Origin: Octopus vulgaris
Lineage: Eukaryota
NCBI GenBank assembly: GCA_951406725.2
Contig: OX597816.1
Location: 161,014,001-161,078,000 of the forward strand
Length of the DNA: 64,000 nt
Reading direction: 5' to 3'
A program made the translations under genes and the position numbers. This document shows, piece by piece, positions 62,278 through 64,000 of this stretch. A model generated the notes under the pieces. The model searched no databases, was not told where the DNA came from, and was given only the letters and a program-made list of their open reading frames with translations. The stretch's first letter is position 1. Each line of letters opens with the position of its first letter.

Positions 62278-62960
62278 TCATACAACACAACATACAAATT
62301 ATAGGAAGTGTTTATTTTTTAATGCTTTTAAGCATGAGTTCATGGGCTGAATGCTTTTTATAAAGTGGATATTTGAATAAAATATTGGAGGTGTGATTTT
62401 ACGGTCAGTTGCACATTATACTACCAACAAAACAGCAATGAACTAACACCAATGATTCATCTAACTAGAATGAAATAAAGAAAGTTATAATATGCCTGGC
62501 TTGGCATCACAACACATTGCTAATGGCAGAAAATAAAATACATGACTATCATAAATATTTATCGGCTATGAATGTTTATCAAGCAAGCCTAGACCTTATG
62601 ATCAAAAGGTGATCTAGACATGACCACCATGTCAATTTTATTCGTTTTTGTTTTTCATGTTTTAACCAGCACAATGTAAATAGGACTACATAATCCAATG
62701 GTCTTTTTTCTTTCTTTTATTAAAACAGTATAGAGTGATTTGAGTGTTATTTGACTGCTATTTTTGGTTGGTCAAGCAATTGCATTGAGGCTCTCTTGTG
62801 GTGTGTTGTGGTTGAGGTGATGAAGATAAAGATGGTATGGTTTTTAACTTGAGGTCAGCTTTGATATAACAAAGTTATGACGAGAGGTATTTGTGATTTG
62901 ATCACCTAGCCAATGAATCTAGCACAACATGATCCATCGTATCCTTCCTCTTTTATGTGT

Positions 62961-63036
<76 letters not shown>

Positions 63037-63058
63037 CAAAATTTCTTATCTTGGACAC

Positions 63059-63119
63059 AGAGTTACCCATGGTTTCGTATCCACAAAGCCAAAGCCTTGT
63101 GGACAGCTCATTAGACTCT
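63059..63119 (-). ncRNA. Hammerhead motif (G5A, probably dead) in the PLE 3' pLTR
   Basis: AGAGT CTAATGA GCTGTCCACAA..TTGTGGATAC GAAA CCATGG GTA ACTCT. Confidence 0.7.
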
Positions 63120-63268
63120 ATATAAAGACAAAAATTTAAAATTTTTTCATCACAGACTTGAAGAAACACTCAGAAATCAAGAAATACATCTTAACAAAAG
63201 AACGTTCATGAGGACAGCTTGTCTCCCCTGAACCAGAGTAAAACCAATCCTTAAAAACCCGAAGGGGC

Positions 63269-64000
63269 CTAACCAGCAAACAGAGAGATCCAGTTTCCCA
63301 GTAAGTAGCACTTGAAGTGGACACATTTAGAAAACACTTCTTTACAACAATTACACACTCCAGGTTTCATATAGTCCTTAAGAATTTTGGCTCTTTCTGC
63401 AATGCAGATCTTGTAATAGCCACTTCCATTAACATATGGGCCTGGACGATCAATTAATTTCCACCTGATATCACACAGGGTCCCTTGATCTTTAAGGTGC
63501 CACACATGGCGAGCCAAGGACATGACAAACCATTTTTCAGGGACTCTGAAGGATGACTGGTGGTTAAGAAAACGTCGCTTGAAAGAAATACTGGCAGATC
63601 TAATATATTTACAAACATGGGCTGTGGCCTTATTCACACTCCTGGTAACATATGGTGCGAGGCCAGTCATCCCATCGGTGTCAAAGATAATTATTTGGTC
63701 ATCATCTGTGGTGGTGGTACTGGTGGTGGCGCTGGATACCTCCTCAACATCTCTGGTCCTGAGATGATCATCATTTCTAGGTGTGGTAATTGTACTCGTG
63801 GTAAAATATGTTGCATGTCTGATCACTCTATCTGTGTCTATAATTTGTTTATTATCTGTGGGGGAGTGGTGGTACTGGGGTCTTTGATAATGTTCTCTGA
63901 GATGTTATCCCGGACTGTTTATTATCTCAGGGCATGGCAATTGTACTGGCGTGAGATCTGGTTAATCTGCTAATATTGCTCTTGGATGGTACATTACTGT
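63269..64000 (-). pseudogene. Penelope-like element GIY-YIG endonuclease region (runs off the window)
   Basis: YIRSASISFKRRFLNHQSSFR..SLARHVWHLKD..IRWKLI..YKICIAE..EVFSKCVHFKCYLL. Confidence 0.85.

Overview
AT-rich animal genomic DNA made almost entirely of repeats. The SINE types and extreme microsatellite load suggest a coleoid cephalopod such as Octopus; this is inference and was not searched. I could not recognise any intact conserved protein-coding gene, and nearly all ORF-track entries are translated microsatellites or SINEs. The window holds four or five SINE families in dozens of copies, decayed RTE- and CR1-like LINE fragments, three decayed Penelope-like (PLE) RT/GIY-YIG fragments, Tc1/mariner relics, piggyBac-, Helitron- and hAT-type non-autonomous elements, and several minisatellites. 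The most interesting layer is RNA structure. About 18 minimal type-I hammerhead-ribozyme (HHR) motifs lie in PLE pseudo-LTR (pLTR)-like elements, often in fold-back arrangement. They carry family-specific core variants (G3:C8 swap, U3:A8, A6U, U4C) and mostly palindromic stem III sequences. One lineage has a downstream four-hairpin module that covaries across diverged copies. A speculative 6-exon, phase-consistent minus-strand ORF (113 aa) spans about 10.5-54.9 kb. Coordinates were read by eye and element ends are approximate.
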